Of a DNA stretch of 64,000 nt, positions 12,491 to 22,812 are shown piece after piece (position 1 is the first letter of the stretch; each line of letters starts with the position of its first letter). The DNA comes from Polyangiales bacterium (GTDB lineage Bacteria > Myxococcota_A > Polyangia > Polyangiales > JADJQN01). The notes below the pieces were generated by a model. That model did not search any database. It was not told where the DNA came from and saw only the letters and a program-made list of their open reading frames with translations. The stretch spans positions 64,001 through 128,000 of the forward strand of contig CAXNJO010000005.1 of assembly GCA_964202905.1 (NCBI GenBank). Direction: 5' to 3'. A program made the position numbers and the translations under genes.

Positions 12491-14293
12491 GTGTGCGAGC
12501 GTCCGCGCGCGAGGGAGCGCTCCGGCGGCGAACTCTTCCGGACCCGACGCGACGCGCTCGTCGGCGCTGGGTACGCCGTGCTCGGCGCGCTCTCGGTGTT
12601 CGCGTTCCACGACGCGGGCGAGGCCCACGGGCGCTACGTGCTCGAGTCCTCGGGGCTCGAGCGGCTGCCGCCCAACGAGATCCAGTTCCTCTTCTGGTAC
12701 CTGCTCTGGGGCTCGCTCGCGGTGGCCGCGCTCGGCGCCGCGCTCGGGCGCACGACGCTGCCTGCGGCGCTGCTCACGCGGCTCTCCGCCTGGCGTGTCC
12801 CGCCCGCGCGCGTGGTGCTCGCGCTCGCGCTCGGGACGATCGCCCACGCGTGGATCGTGCGGCACGCAGTGCTGCTCGATGCGCCGATCACCGACGACGA
12901 GAGCGTGTACGACTTCATCGCGCAGACGCTCGCGCGCGGCCGCGTCACCAACCCGCTGCCGCCGGAGCCCGAGCGCTACGCGACGCAGTTCGTCGTGATG
13001 AACGAGGGCGGCTGGTACGGGAAATACCCGATCGGCCACGGCCTCGTCATCGCGCTCGTCGGTTTGACGCAGCGCGTCGATCTGGTCGGTCCGCTCCTCG
13101 CGTCGCTCTCGCTCTGGCTCACGTGGCAGCTCGGGCGGCGGCTGTTCGGCGAGCGCCGCGCGCTGCTCGGCGTCGGGCTGCTCGCGCTCTCGCCCCACTT
13201 CGTCTTCACGCACGCGACGCGCCTCTCGCAGACGACGTCGGGCGCGACGCTGCTCGCGGCGCTGCTCGGCGCCTACGAGCTCACGCGCGGCGGTGGCTGG
13301 CGCTGGGGCGCGCTCACGGGCGGCGCGCTCGCGTTCGGCGTGCTCGCGCGGCCCATGCCGGGGCTGCCGATCGCGGCCGCGATCCTCGGCGTGCTCGCGC
13401 TCTCGGGGCGCACCGCGCACCTGCCGGGCACGCAGCGGATCCCCGCGTCGCGCCTGCTCGGGACGGCGGCGCTCGCAGGGCTCGGGGCAGCCGCCGTGCT
13501 CGCCACGAACGCCGCGCAGGCGGGGGCGGCGCTCCGCTCTGGGTACGTGGTGGCGCATGGCGGCCACGGCTTCGGCGCCTTCGGGGGCGGCACGCTCACC
13601 AACTCGATCGGCGGCGCGCTCGTCCGCGAGAACGCGTGGCTCTTCGGGTGGCCGTTCTCGCTGCTCCTCGCGCTCTTCGGGCGCCCGCGGCGCGGGGCCG
13701 CGCTCTACGTCGCCGCGCTCGCGGCCGAGCTCTCGTACCGCGTGCTCGTGCCGAAGACGGTCCTCTCGCTGACGGGGCCGATCTACGTCACGGAGACCGT
13801 GCCCCTCCTCGCGCTCGGCAGCGCGGACGGCGCGGTGCGGCTCGCGGACTGGCTCGCGCGGGCGGGCGTCGCGGAGGCGCGCGCGCGCTTGCTCGGCGTC
13901 GTCGCCGCGGCCTTCGCGGTCGCGGCCTGCACGTTCATCCCCATCCAGCTGAAGACCCTGCACCGCGCGGGCACCGTGCACGACGCGTTCCGCGAATCGC
14001 TCGCGGCCATCGGCGCGCGTCACCACGCGCTCGTGTTCTGCGACACCGTGGTCGACATCCGCGCGCACATCACGTGGGCCTACTACCCGCCCCCGCCCTC
14101 GCCCGACCTCGACGACGACGTGCTCTTCGTGCGGCCCGATCCCGACGGCAACGAGGACGCCGATCGCGCGTTCTGGCTGCGCAGGCACCCCGATCGCGAA
14201 GCCTTCGTCGTGCGCGACACCGCCGGAGGTCGCGTCTTCACGCGCCTCGAGCGCACCCCGACGCCCCCCGCGGCGCCCGCGACCGCCGACTGA
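12491..14293 (+). CDS. GT-C fold (ArnT/PMT-like, GT39/83) membrane glycosyltransferase; start uncertain
   Basis: ITDDESVY acidic loop after a TM helix, YGKYPIGH motif, more than 10 TM segments. Confidence 0.7.
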   Translation: MCERPRARERSGGELFRTRRDALVGAGYAVLGALSVFAFHDAGEAHGRYVLESSGLERLPPNEIQFLFWYLLWGSLAVAALGAALGRTTLPAALLTRLSAWRVPPARVVLALALGTIAHAWIVRHAVLLDAPITDDESVYDFIAQTLARGRVTNPLPPEPERYATQFVVMNEGGWYGKYPIGHGLVIALVGLTQRVDLVGPLLASLSLWLTWQLGRRLFGERRALLGVGLLALSPHFVFTHATRLSQTTSGATLLAALLGAYELTRGGGWRWGALTGGALAFGVLARPMPGLPIAAAILGVLALSGRTAHLPGTQRIPASRLLGTAALAGLGAAAVLATNAAQAGAALRSGYVVAHGGHGFGAFGGGTLTNSIGGALVRENAWLFGWPFSLLLALFGRPRRGAALYVAALAAELSYRVLVPKTVLSLTGPIYVTETVPLLALGSADGAVRLADWLARAGVAEARARLLGVVAAAFAVAACTFIPIQLKTLHRAGTVHDAFRESLAAIGARHHALVFCDTVVDIRAHITWAYYPPPPSPDLDDDVLFVRPDPDGNEDADRAFWLRRHPDREAFVVRDTAGGRVFTRLERTPTPPAAPATAD

Positions 14294-14377
14294 TCCGCGC
14301 GCACGCGGCGGCCGCGCAGGCATCGTTCGGCGCGCCCTCGACACCCCCGCCCCCGGTGCTACCCCGCGCGGCTCGCC

Positions 14378-15423
14378 ATGCGTTTCCGGTCTCCCGCGCG
14401 CGGCCTCTTCCTCGCGCTCGGCGGGCTGGCCGCGCTGCTCACCGCGCTCTTCTGCGCGCGACCGCGGTCCGCTTCTGCGCAGGCCCCCGCGCTGGAATCG
14501 GGCAGCCCTGCAGCGCGCGCCACGCCCGCCGACGACACGCGCCCCCCGCCGCTCGGCGGCGCGCCCATGGCGCCGACACTCGGCTCCGGCACCGGCAGCC
14601 CGCCGGCGACCCCGCCCACGCCCGCGACGCCACGCGCCGCCGCGTCGTGGAACGCATTGCCCCTCGTGAGTTACGCGCGCGAGACGGAGCTCGCGCTCGG
14701 CGGCTTCGGCGTCACGTATTTCCGCGTGGGCGACGCGCCCGCCGCCTCGAGTCCGTCCTTCCTCGCGGCCGCGGCGATGGTGACCACGCGCGGCCAGGTG
14801 CTCGCCGATCTCTACCCCGAGGTGTGGCTCGACCACGAGCGCTGGCTCGTGAGCGGCCAGCTCGCGTACCGCCGCTTTCCCGACTATCTTCTTCGGGATC
14901 GGCGGCGACACCCGCCCCGAAGACCGCGAGCCCTACACGCTTCACAGCGTCTGGTCGCGCGTGGACGTGCGCCGCCGCACGTGGGGCGCGCTCTTCGTCG
15001 GCGCGCGGCACGAGGCGCAGTGGCACGAGCTGCTCTCGCTCGCGGACGCGCCACACCCTCGCGTTCGAGCTCTTCCTCGACACGATGGCCGGCGACGTCC
15101 CCTTCAACCAGCTCGCGCAGCTCGGCGGCGTGGCGCGGATGCGCGGGTATTTCGAGGGCCAGTACCGCGACAAGACCTACGCGATGACGCAGGTCGAGTA
15201 CCGGATCATGCCGCTGTTCTGGCGCCTCGGGGCCGTGCTCTTCGCGGGCATCGGCGAGGTCGCCGGGCGCTTCCGCGACTTCGACCTCGCGCACCTGAAG
15301 GTCCCCGTCGGCGCCGGCCTCCGCTACGCGCTCGACCCCGCGGAGCGCATCCACATCCGCGTCGACGCAGGCGTCGGACCGGGCACGTGGGGCCTCGCCG
15401 TCAACGTCCTCGAGGCCTTCTGA
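14378..15423 (+). pseudogene. Omp85/BamA-TamA family outer-membrane barrel, frameshifted and apparently internally deleted
   Basis: Signal peptide, LPLVSYARETELALG, LGG..RMRGYFEGQYRD, terminal GLAVNVLEAF; spread over three frames with breaks at about 14890 and 15040. Confidence 0.75.
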
Positions 15424-15494
15424 CGGGGCCGGCCTGCGCCGCGCCGCCTGCCGAAGTGCTAGCTTCGCCGGGTCCACGCTCCCCGGGAGGACCC

Positions 15495-16121
15495 ATGCCA
15501 CGTCACGCCCGCTCTGGCGCCCCGCGCCCCACGCACGCCCTCGTCGTTTCCGGCGCCCTCGCCCTCGCGGCCTGTGGGGGAGGCACCACCGCCGTCTCGC
15601 CCCGCGCGCCGACGCTGCGCGCGGAGGCCGCCCCGCCTCCCGAGCGCGCGGCGCCGACGGCCTTCGCCCGCGGTCGCGGTGACCACGACGCGAGCGCCTG
15701 GGTCGGCGCACCCGGCGGCGAGCTCACCCTCGGGAACGGCGCGCGCCTCGAGATCCCCGCGGGCAGCCTCGCGGAGCCCGCCGAGGTCGTCTTCTCGCTC
15801 GGCGAAGAGGTCGCCGCCTTCCGCAACCGCGACGACGAACGCACCATCGGCCCCGCGCTCGTGGTCGCCCCCGAGCTGACGGCCGCGGGCAGCGCGCGCT
15901 TCATCGTCGAACTCCCCTTCACCACGCTCCCCGAGGGCTTCACCGAAGACGACGTCGCCGTCGCCCTCGAGCGCCACGACGAGAGCTCGAGCGGCTTCCG
16001 CGGCGGCGCGACCCGCACGACCTGGGAGCACGCCCCCGCCCGCGTGACCGCCGACCACAAGCTCCGCGCCGAGCTCCCCCAGCTCCCCGGCCTGCGCGTG
16101 CAGTTCGTCGTGTCGAACTGA
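15495..16121 (+). CDS. Lipoprotein with a ZU5-like beta domain
   Basis: GGAGG SD, lipobox LAAC, VGAPGGELTL..ARLEIPAGSL motif. Confidence 0.65.
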   Translation: MPRHARSGAPRPTHALVVSGALALAACGGGTTAVSPRAPTLRAEAAPPPERAAPTAFARGRGDHDASAWVGAPGGELTLGNGARLEIPAGSLAEPAEVVFSLGEEVAAFRNRDDERTIGPALVVAPELTAAGSARFIVELPFTTLPEGFTEDDVAVALERHDESSSGFRGGATRTTWEHAPARVTADHKLRAELPQLPGLRVQFVVSN

Positions 16122-16193
16122 CCGGGCGCCGCGCGGCGCCGCGGGGCCTCCGCCGTTGCCCCGCCGGGGCGCTGCGGCTACCGTGCGGCGCGC

Positions 16194-17051
16194 ATGAGCG
16201 TCCGCGACCTCGGCTACCGCGCGTATGAAGGGCAGCGGCTGCCCGCGTCGCACAACACGTGGGTCATGGTGCGGCACAGCGTGCGGCGCGCCTGGTCGTC
16301 GTGGCTCGTGAAACTGCCCGTGTTCTTCTGCGTCGGCACGGCCGTCGTGCTCGGCATCTACTACCTCGTCGCCGGGGTGCTGGTGTCGGGGCAGACGGGC
16401 GAGGCCTTCGACGCGGCGCCCATCGTGCGCCGCCTCGTGAGCGCGCAGATGTGGCTGTTCGTGCCGTTCATCACGCTCGGCGCGGGCGCCGGGTCGATCG
16501 CGCAGGACGCCGTGCACCGGGCCTTCCAGTTCTATTTCGCGAAGCCCGTGACCCCCGCGCAATACCTCTTCGGGCGCGTCTCGGCGGTGGCCTTCTTCGC
16601 CGGGTTCGTGGTGGTCGTGCCGGGCGTGCTGCTCATCCTGCTTACCGTCGGTTACGGGGCGCCCTCACCCGAGGTGCGGCTCGAGCGCGCGGGGTATCTG
16701 CTGCCCTTCCTGCTCTCGGCGGCGCTGCTCTCGGTGGTGATGGCCTCCGTGTCGGTGGGCTTCTCGTCGCTCGCGAAGAGCCGCGCGCTCACGATGAGCA
16801 GCTGGATCCTCGTGCTCGTCGTGCCGCACGTCATCGCGGGGGCGATCTCGCTCATCGCCAAGACGGACTGGGTCTTCGTCGCGTCGATGCCGGGCCTGCT
16901 CGACGTGGTCTTCGACGCGCTCTTCAAGAGCCCGCGCGAGCCCGAGGCGCACCTCGCGTGGTGGCACGCCGCGCCGATCCTCGCGGCGGTGACGGCGGGC
17001 TCGCTCCTGCTCGCGCACCGGCGGCTCACGCACGCCGAGGTGATCACGTGA
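16194..17051 (+). CDS. ABC-2 type transporter permease
   Basis: Six TM segments, FYFAKPVTPAQYLFGR motif. Confidence 0.85.
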   Translation: MSVRDLGYRAYEGQRLPASHNTWVMVRHSVRRAWSSWLVKLPVFFCVGTAVVLGIYYLVAGVLVSGQTGEAFDAAPIVRRLVSAQMWLFVPFITLGAGAGSIAQDAVHRAFQFYFAKPVTPAQYLFGRVSAVAFFAGFVVVVPGVLLILLTVGYGAPSPEVRLERAGYLLPFLLSAALLSVVMASVSVGFSSLAKSRALTMSSWILVLVVPHVIAGAISLIAKTDWVFVASMPGLLDVVFDALFKSPREPEAHLAWWHAAPILAAVTAGSLLLAHRRLTHAEVIT

Positions 17052-18142
17052 GCGCCCCGACGACAGGCACCGCGCAGCCGACCGCGGGCGCGCGCGAAGA
17101 CGCGACGCCCTCGATCCGGGCGGTGCGGCTCTCCAAGTGGTACGGCCGCGTCACCGCGCTGCAGGACGTCTCGCTGCACCTCGAGCCGGGGATCTGGGGC
17201 CTGCTCGGCCCGAACGGCTCGGGCAAGACCACGTTCCTCCGCCTCGTCGCCGGCCAGCTCCGGCCCTCGCTCGGCGAGGTGCGCGTCTGCGGGCTCGCGC
17301 CCTTCGGCGAGGTGCGCGCGCTGCGCCGCATCGGGCTCTGCCCCGAGGCGGACGCGATGTACGACGACCTCACCGCGCTCGAGTTCGTCGCGGCGATGGC
17401 CGAGCTCAGCGGTTACTCGCGCCCCGCCGCGAAGGAGCGCGCCGAGGCCGCCCTCGACGCCTTCGGCCTGAAGAAGGCGATGGAGCGCAAGGTCGGCGGG
17501 TACAGCCGCGGCATGCGCCAGCGCGCGAAGCTCGCGCAGTCGGTCGTGCACGAGCCCGACGTCCTGCTCCTCGACGAACCGCTCACCGGCACCGATCCGA
17601 CCTCGCGCGCGGTCATCCTCGAGCAGCTCGCGAAGCGCGCGGCCGCGGGCGCCGTCGTGCTCTTCTCGACGCACGTGCTGCACGAGGTCGAGGCGCTCAC
17701 CGAGCAGGTGCTGCTCATCGCGCGCGGGCAGGTCGTCGCGCAGGGGCGTGTGCACGAGATCCGCGATCTGCTCGAGGAGCACCCGCACCACGTGCGCGTC
17801 GTCTGCGACCGGCCGCGCGACCTCGCCGCGGCGGTGCTCGGCGAGCCGGGCGTGCTCGGCGTGCGCTTCCCGTCCGCGGACGCCGTCGAGTTCGAGACAC
17901 GCGACCCCGACCGCACCTACGGCGCCATCGCGAAGAAGGCCGTCGAGGGGCGCTTCCGGGTGCAGTCGCTCACCAGCCCCGACGCGACGCTCGAGGCGCT
18001 CTTCCACTACCTCGTCGAGCGCAGCGGCCGCATGGCCGGCACCGGCGCCGACGCCGCGAGCGGCAGCGCCGCGCCCTACGCCGCGGGCGGCCTCGCGCCG
18101 GGCAGCGGCGCGTCCCCCACCCCGAGAGGCCCCAGCCGATGA
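17048..18142 (+). CDS. ABC transporter ATP-binding protein
   Basis: GPNGSGKT, YSRGMRQ, LLLDEP, H-loop; GTGA overlap with the upstream gene. Confidence 0.95.
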   Translation: MSAPTTGTAQPTAGAREDATPSIRAVRLSKWYGRVTALQDVSLHLEPGIWGLLGPNGSGKTTFLRLVAGQLRPSLGEVRVCGLAPFGEVRALRRIGLCPEADAMYDDLTALEFVAAMAELSGYSRPAAKERAEAALDAFGLKKAMERKVGGYSRGMRQRAKLAQSVVHEPDVLLLDEPLTGTDPTSRAVILEQLAKRAAAGAVVLFSTHVLHEVEALTEQVLLIARGQVVAQGRVHEIRDLLEEHPHHVRVVCDRPRDLAAAVLGEPGVLGVRFPSADAVEFETRDPDRTYGAIAKKAVEGRFRVQSLTSPDATLEALFHYLVERSGRMAGTGADAASGSAAPYAAGGLAPGSGASPTPRGPSR

Positions 18143-18936
18143 GCGCACCGCCCGTCCCGAGCCCCGGCCACGCGATCGGCGCCGTCCTGCGCCTCCAGCT
18201 GCGCCGCTTCGCGCGCGGCAAGAAGCTGCGCCTCGCGCTCGTCGCCCTCGCGCTCGTCGTCGTGGGCGTGGTCACCGCCCGCTACCTCGGCGAGCACCCG
18301 GACGCCGCGGCGACGGCCGACGCGGTGCGGAGCGGCCTTCGGCTCGGCTTCCTCGGGCTGCTCGTGTACCTGCTGCCCTTCCTGTTCGCCTCGGGCGTCA
18401 TCGCCGAAGAGGTCGAGGGCCGCACGCTCTCCTTCCTCGTCGCGCGGCCCGTGGGCCGCTGGGCCCTCGGCACCGGCAAGTACCTCGCGGCGATCGCGCT
18501 CGCCGTGCCGCTGCTCGTCGCGGGCATGCTCGTCGTGCACGTCGCGTGCTTCGCGACGGCCCCCGATGCGCTCGTCTCCGAGCTGCCTTCGACGCTGCGC
18601 ATCGCGGGCGCCTGCGCGCTGCTCGCCTGCTGCTACGCGGCGTTCTGCATGCTCTGGGGCGCCGTCGCGGTGGAGGCCGCGGGCATCGTCGCGACGCTGC
18701 ACCTCGCGGTGCTCGAGTTCGGGATCTCGCTCGTCCCGGGGCCGATCCGCCTGCTCTCCATGAACTACCTCGCCTCCCAGCTCGCAGGCATGGAGAAGAC
18801 AGGCCTCTTCGCCGACATCACCCCGGACGTCCCCCCGCTCGCGGCGGGCCTCACGCTCGGCGCGGTGACGCTCACGTTCTTCGGCCTCGGCCTGCTCGCG
18901 GTCGCGACGAGCGAGTTCCGCTTCTCGCGGGCCTGA
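18139..18936 (+). CDS. ABC-2 type transporter permease
   Basis: IAEEVEGRTLSFLVARPV..GKYLA motif; ATGA overlap. Confidence 0.88.
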   Translation: MSAPPVPSPGHAIGAVLRLQLRRFARGKKLRLALVALALVVVGVVTARYLGEHPDAAATADAVRSGLRLGFLGLLVYLLPFLFASGVIAEEVEGRTLSFLVARPVGRWALGTGKYLAAIALAVPLLVAGMLVVHVACFATAPDALVSELPSTLRIAGACALLACCYAAFCMLWGAVAVEAAGIVATLHLAVLEFGISLVPGPIRLLSMNYLASQLAGMEKTGLFADITPDVPPLAAGLTLGAVTLTFFGLGLLAVATSEFRFSRA

Positions 18937-18942
18937 GGTCGC

Positions 18943-19584
18943 GTGCGCACCGAGGCCCACCAGAGCGTGGCGCGCGAGCGGGTGCACGAGGGCGAGCTCG
19001 CGCGGCACCAGATCGCGCGGCTCGAGGGCGGCCGCGCGTGGGTGATCGCGGGCGCGCTCGGTCGGCCGCGGCTGTGGTCGCGCGCCACCGACAGCGCGAT
19101 CGGGGGCTGGACGTCGGCGCTCGTGGCCTCGCGCGGGCGCCCGCCCGAGACGCGCCTCGACGACGCGCTCACGGCCGCACGCACCGCGCTCGCGGACGCG
19201 TGCGAGCGCCTCGTCGAGCGCGAGGTGCCCGACGTGCTCCTCGCGGGCCTGCTCCTCGAGGCCGGCACGCTCTACGTCGTCACGGCCGGCGCGAGCCGCG
19301 TCTACGTGCAGCGCGGCCCGCAGCCCCGCCGCCTCACGCCGCGCGACGAGCCCGAGGGCGGTCTGCTCGCCGCGGCCCCGACACGCACGGCGATCGCCCT
19401 CGAGCCCGGCGACCTCGTGCTCGCTGGCAGCGTCAGCGCGTTTTCGCTGCGCAGCGTCGCCCGCCTGAGCGCCGTGCTCGACGAGGATGCGCGCGCGACG
19501 CCGGCCGTGCTCGTCAGCGTGCTCACGGAGCCCGCCGCGCTCGCCGGTCTCGGCGCCGCCGCGCTCGCGCTGCGCGTGGCCTGA
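18943..19584 (+). CDS. Degenerate PP2C/SpoIIE-like phosphatase-fold protein
   Basis: LYVVTAGASRVYV..RRLT and LEPGDLVLAGS resemble PP2C motifs but lack the catalytic Asp residues. Confidence 0.55.
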   Translation: MRTEAHQSVARERVHEGELARHQIARLEGGRAWVIAGALGRPRLWSRATDSAIGGWTSALVASRGRPPETRLDDALTAARTALADACERLVEREVPDVLLAGLLLEAGTLYVVTAGASRVYVQRGPQPRRLTPRDEPEGGLLAAAPTRTAIALEPGDLVLAGSVSAFSLRSVARLSAVLDEDARATPAVLVSVLTEPAALAGLGAAALALRVA

Positions 19585-19737
19585 GACCGGGCCCTCGCGC
19601 AGGCGCGCGCCGCACGTCGCGCCCCACGCGCCCCCGCTGCACCGCGTCGGCACGGCTCGCGGCCCCGCCGAGCTGCGCTAGCCTGCGCCGCGCGCAGTCT
19701 CGCCCCGCGCGTGAGGCCGCCTACGGAGGAAGAGTCG

Positions 19738-20082
19738 ATGGAGCTCCACGAGCTGAACCACGAAGAAGAGATCGTGTTGGTCGGGCTGCTGCGCGACATC
19801 GCGCAGGCCGACGGCCGCTACACCGTCGCCGAGAAGCGCCACGTCGACGCCGTGCGCGACGCCCTCGGCGGCGAGCGCTTCGACGCCGCCGTCCGCGCGG
19901 CCCGCGAGCGCTTCGACAACCGCGAGGCGCTGAAGTCGGCCGCGCGCGGCGTGACGCGGCCGCCGGCCCGCGCGCTCATCTTCGCGAAGCTCGCCGACCT
20001 CGCCGCCGCCGACGGCACGAGCGCCGAAGAGGAGAAGCCGCTCGCGTGGCTCGCCTCCTGGTGGGACCTGCCCGGCCTCTGA
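19738..20082 (+). CDS. TerB-like family protein
   Basis: Two ADG..E motifs (IAQADGRYTVAE, LAAADGTSAEE); GGAGG SD. Confidence 0.7.
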   Translation: MELHELNHEEEIVLVGLLRDIAQADGRYTVAEKRHVDAVRDALGGERFDAAVRAARERFDNREALKSAARGVTRPPARALIFAKLADLAAADGTSAEEEKPLAWLASWWDLPGL

Positions 20083-20214
20083 CGGGACTCCGCGCGCCTT
20101 CGGATCCGCGCTGCGCGCCGCGCATCCCACGACCGCGCTGCGCGCCGTGCGCGCTCCGCGTCATGCGACGTGCATGACACGACACACGTTGCGCGAATCG
20201 CGCGTCGTACGTCG

Positions 20215-20763
20215 TCAGACCACGCGGTACTGGGTCACGTAGCCCTCGCGCACCGCGTGGCGGCCGTCGCGCTCTTCGACGAGCCACGGGAACTTCGCGG
20301 CGTGCAGCCGCGGCACGGTGACGACGCCAGGCGCCTCGTACGTGCCGAAGACGTGGTCCCACACGGACGTGCTCACGCCGTGGTTCGCGTGCGAGCGCCC
20401 GAAGTGGTGGCTGAGGTGGTGCGCGCGCGCCCACCGCTCATAGGCGTTGCGCGGCGCGGTGACGTGGATGCGGCGATGGATCCACTCGTAGACGAGCCAC
20501 CCCGCGAAGGTGCCCGCCGGCAGGCCCGCACCCGCGGCGCCCGCGCTCAGCACGCCGAGCCCCGAGAGCAGCGCGAGCGCCGGCACCGCGAGCGCGAGCT
20601 TGCTCGACCAGGGCGCGAACCAATCGACCTTCGCGTGGTGTTTCAGGTGCTCCCGCGAGGGGATCCGCCCGAGCACGCGCCGGTGGAAGACCCAGCGGTG
20701 CAGCATGTACTCGAGCCACGTCCAGACCACGACCCCGGCGACGAACGCACCCACGAAGCCCAT
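20215..20763 (-). CDS. Sterol desaturase / fatty-acid hydroxylase family protein
   Basis: His boxes EYMLHRWVFH, HLKHH, YEWIHRRIH, HHLSHH; NHGVS..WD..FGT. Confidence 0.9.
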   Translation of the reverse strand: MGFVGAFVAGVVVWTWLEYMLHRWVFHRRVLGRIPSREHLKHHAKVDWFAPWSSKLALAVPALALLSGLGVLSAGAAGAGLPAGTFAGWLVYEWIHRRIHVTAPRNAYERWARAHHLSHHFGRSHANHGVSTSVWDHVFGTYEAPGVVTVPRLHAAKFPWLVEERDGRHAVREGYVTQYRVV

Positions 20764-20766
20764 CGC

Positions 20767-21532
20767 TCAGCCCTCCCTCGCCGCGGCGCGCGAGGCGCGC
20801 TCGAGGCCATCGTCCACGTCGTCCCGCCGCGCGCCCCAGCCCACGAGCAGCGCCCGAACCAGCTCCGCGACGAGCGCCGCGGGCGTCAGCGCCCCGACCC
20901 CGAAACGCGCGAGCTTCCGGCTCCCGACCACGCCGTGCAGCGACGACCAGAGCAGCACGACCCGCGCGAGGTCGTCGCCGTCGTCGAGCGCCCCCGCCTC
21001 CCGCGCCGCCGAGAAGAGCGCCCCCGCCTCGCGGAGCAGCGCGAGCGTCGCGACGGCCACCCCGGCGGCCGCGGCGTCGTCGACGACGGGCTGCGGCGCG
21101 GCGAGCGCGCGCACGAGCAGCGCCATCTGCGCGGGTCTGCGCCTCGGCGAGCGCGAGATAGCCCCGCGCCGCGAGGACGATCGGCAGCAGCGCCTGCGTC
21201 CGCGCGGAGAGCGGCCGCCGCGCCCGCGCCGCGATCCCCGCGGCCTCCCGCGAGGCGTCGCGCACCATCCCGCCCGCCTCGCCGACGATCCGCGCGAGCA
21301 GGGCGGCGAGCAGCGCGTCCTTGCTCGGGTAGTAGCGATAGAGCGCGCCCGCGCGGTAGCCGAGCGCGTCACCGAGCCGCTGCATCGTGAGCGCCTCGAC
21401 GCCATCCTCGCCCGCGATGCGCGCCGCGGCCTCGAGGATGCGCGCGCTCGTCTCGACGCGGCGCAGGGAGCGCCCCTTGCCCGGCGGCGGCGCCTCGACC
21501 TCCGCGCGCGTCGCGTCTGATCCGTGAATCAT
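20767..21532 (-). CDS. TetR/AcrR family regulator (frameshift at about 21137)
   Basis: ILEAAARIAGEDGVEALTMQRLGDALGYRAGALYRYYPSKDALL; the C-terminal domain (WSSLHG) continues in ORF 20767..21405. Confidence 0.88.
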
Positions 21533-21568
21533 GTTCACGAACGTGAACGACGTTCACGAGCTCGTCAA
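21523..21568 (-). promoter_or_regulatory. tetR promoter with two tandem palindromic operators CGTGAA-N5-TTCACG
   Basis: cgtgaatcatgttcacg (21523-21539) and cgtgaacgacgttcacg (21542-21558); minus-strand TTGACG-17 nt-CACGTT overlaps them. Confidence 0.75.
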
Positions 21569-22812
21569 GGGCGGGCGTCGCGCACCGGCTCGCAGGCGTA
21601 GAGCGCGTGGCAGAGCGCGAGCGCGCGCGGCGAACGAACGCGCCAGTCGAGGCGGTTCATCACGTAGCCGAAGGTCAGCCCGTGCACCGGGTCGCACCAG
21701 CCGAGCGCGCCGCCGAGCCCCGCGTGCCCGAACGACTCGCGCGTCGGCGAGAAGACGTGCGCCTCCTCCTTGAGGAAGCCCTGCGACCAGCCGAGCGGCT
21801 TCTGCAGGACGAGGTCGCGCTCCGACCAGCCCTGCCGCGCGTAGACGGGCGCGAGCGTCGCGGGGCGCAGGTACCCGCGGCCGTCGGCCGAGCCCCCCAG
21901 CGCGAACGGCAGGTACGCGCGCGCGACGCCGTGCGCGCTCGCCGTCGCCGAGGCCCACGCGAGCTCGGCGCGGCGCACGCGCGGGGTGTTGTACACGGCG
22001 AGCCCACCGGCCCCGACGCGCGGCTCGAAGAACGCGCGGCGCACGGGCGAGGCGGGCGCGAGCGTCGCGCGGAAGAGGCGCGACTCGTTGTTGTCGCCCC
22101 GCAGCAGCGCGCCGAGCATGTGCGCGACGCGGGCGACGTCGCGCGGCGGGTAGAGCGTGGCGATGCGCGCGTCGTGCTCGGGCGGCGTGCCGAGCGAGAC
22201 GTCGGCGCCGAGCGGACCGAACAGCTCGCGCTCGAGGAAGGCGCCCATCGACTCGCCCGCGATCCGCTCGAACACCTCCCGCGCGTACATGCCGTAGCTG
22301 ATCGCGTGGTAGCCCTGCGCGCGCCCCGGCTCCCAGAGCGGACGCGCCTCCTCGATCGCGCGGACGAGCCGCGGGCGGCGCTCGGGGAGCAGGCAGTCGT
22401 CGAGCGTGAGACCGACGCCCGGGCCGAGCAGCCCCGCCTCGTGGTTGAAGAGCGTGCGCAGCGTGATCGCGCCCTTGCCGCCGGCCGCGAAGCCCGGCCA
22501 CACGCTCGCGACGGGCGCGTCCCACGCGAGGCGCCCACGATCCGCGAGCAGCGCGAGCGCCATCGCCGCGAAGCCCTTCGTGACGGAGAAGACGACGAGC
22601 CGCGTGTCGCGCTCCCAGGGCGCGCCGCGCGCGACGTCCGCGAAGCCACCGTGCAGGTCCACGACGCAGCGGCCGCGGTGGTAGACGGTGAGGCCCGCGC
22701 CGATCTCCGAGCCGTCATGCAGCTGCGCGGCGAAGCGCTCGGCGAGCGGCGCGAAGCCGTCGGCGTAGGAGCCGCGCGCGGGCCCCGGCGCGGCGTGGTC
22801 GAGGCCGCTCAC
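21565..22812 (-). CDS. Serine hydrolase, class C beta-lactamase/esterase family
   Basis: FSVTK (SxxK), LFNHEAGL, GYHAISYG, FGHAGLGG. Confidence 0.9.
   Translation of the reverse strand: MSGLDHAAPGPARGSYADGFAPLAERFAAQLHDGSEIGAGLTVYHRGRCVVDLHGGFADVARGAPWERDTRLVVFSVTKGFAAMALALLADRGRLAWDAPVASVWPGFAAGGKGAITLRTLFNHEAGLLGPGVGLTLDDCLLPERRPRLVRAIEEARPLWEPGRAQGYHAISYGMYAREVFERIAGESMGAFLERELFGPLGADVSLGTPPEHDARIATLYPPRDVARVAHMLGALLRGDNNESRLFRATLAPASPVRRAFFEPRVGAGGLAVYNTPRVRRAELAWASATASAHGVARAYLPFALGGSADGRGYLRPATLAPVYARQGWSERDLVLQKPLGWSQGFLKEEAHVFSPTRESFGHAGLGGALGWCDPVHGLTFGYVMNRLDWRVRSPRALALCHALYACEPVRDARP

Noticed and set aside
21565..22812. Antibiotic-resistance beta-lactamase
   Set aside because: No signal peptide, and the motifs fit family VIII esterases.
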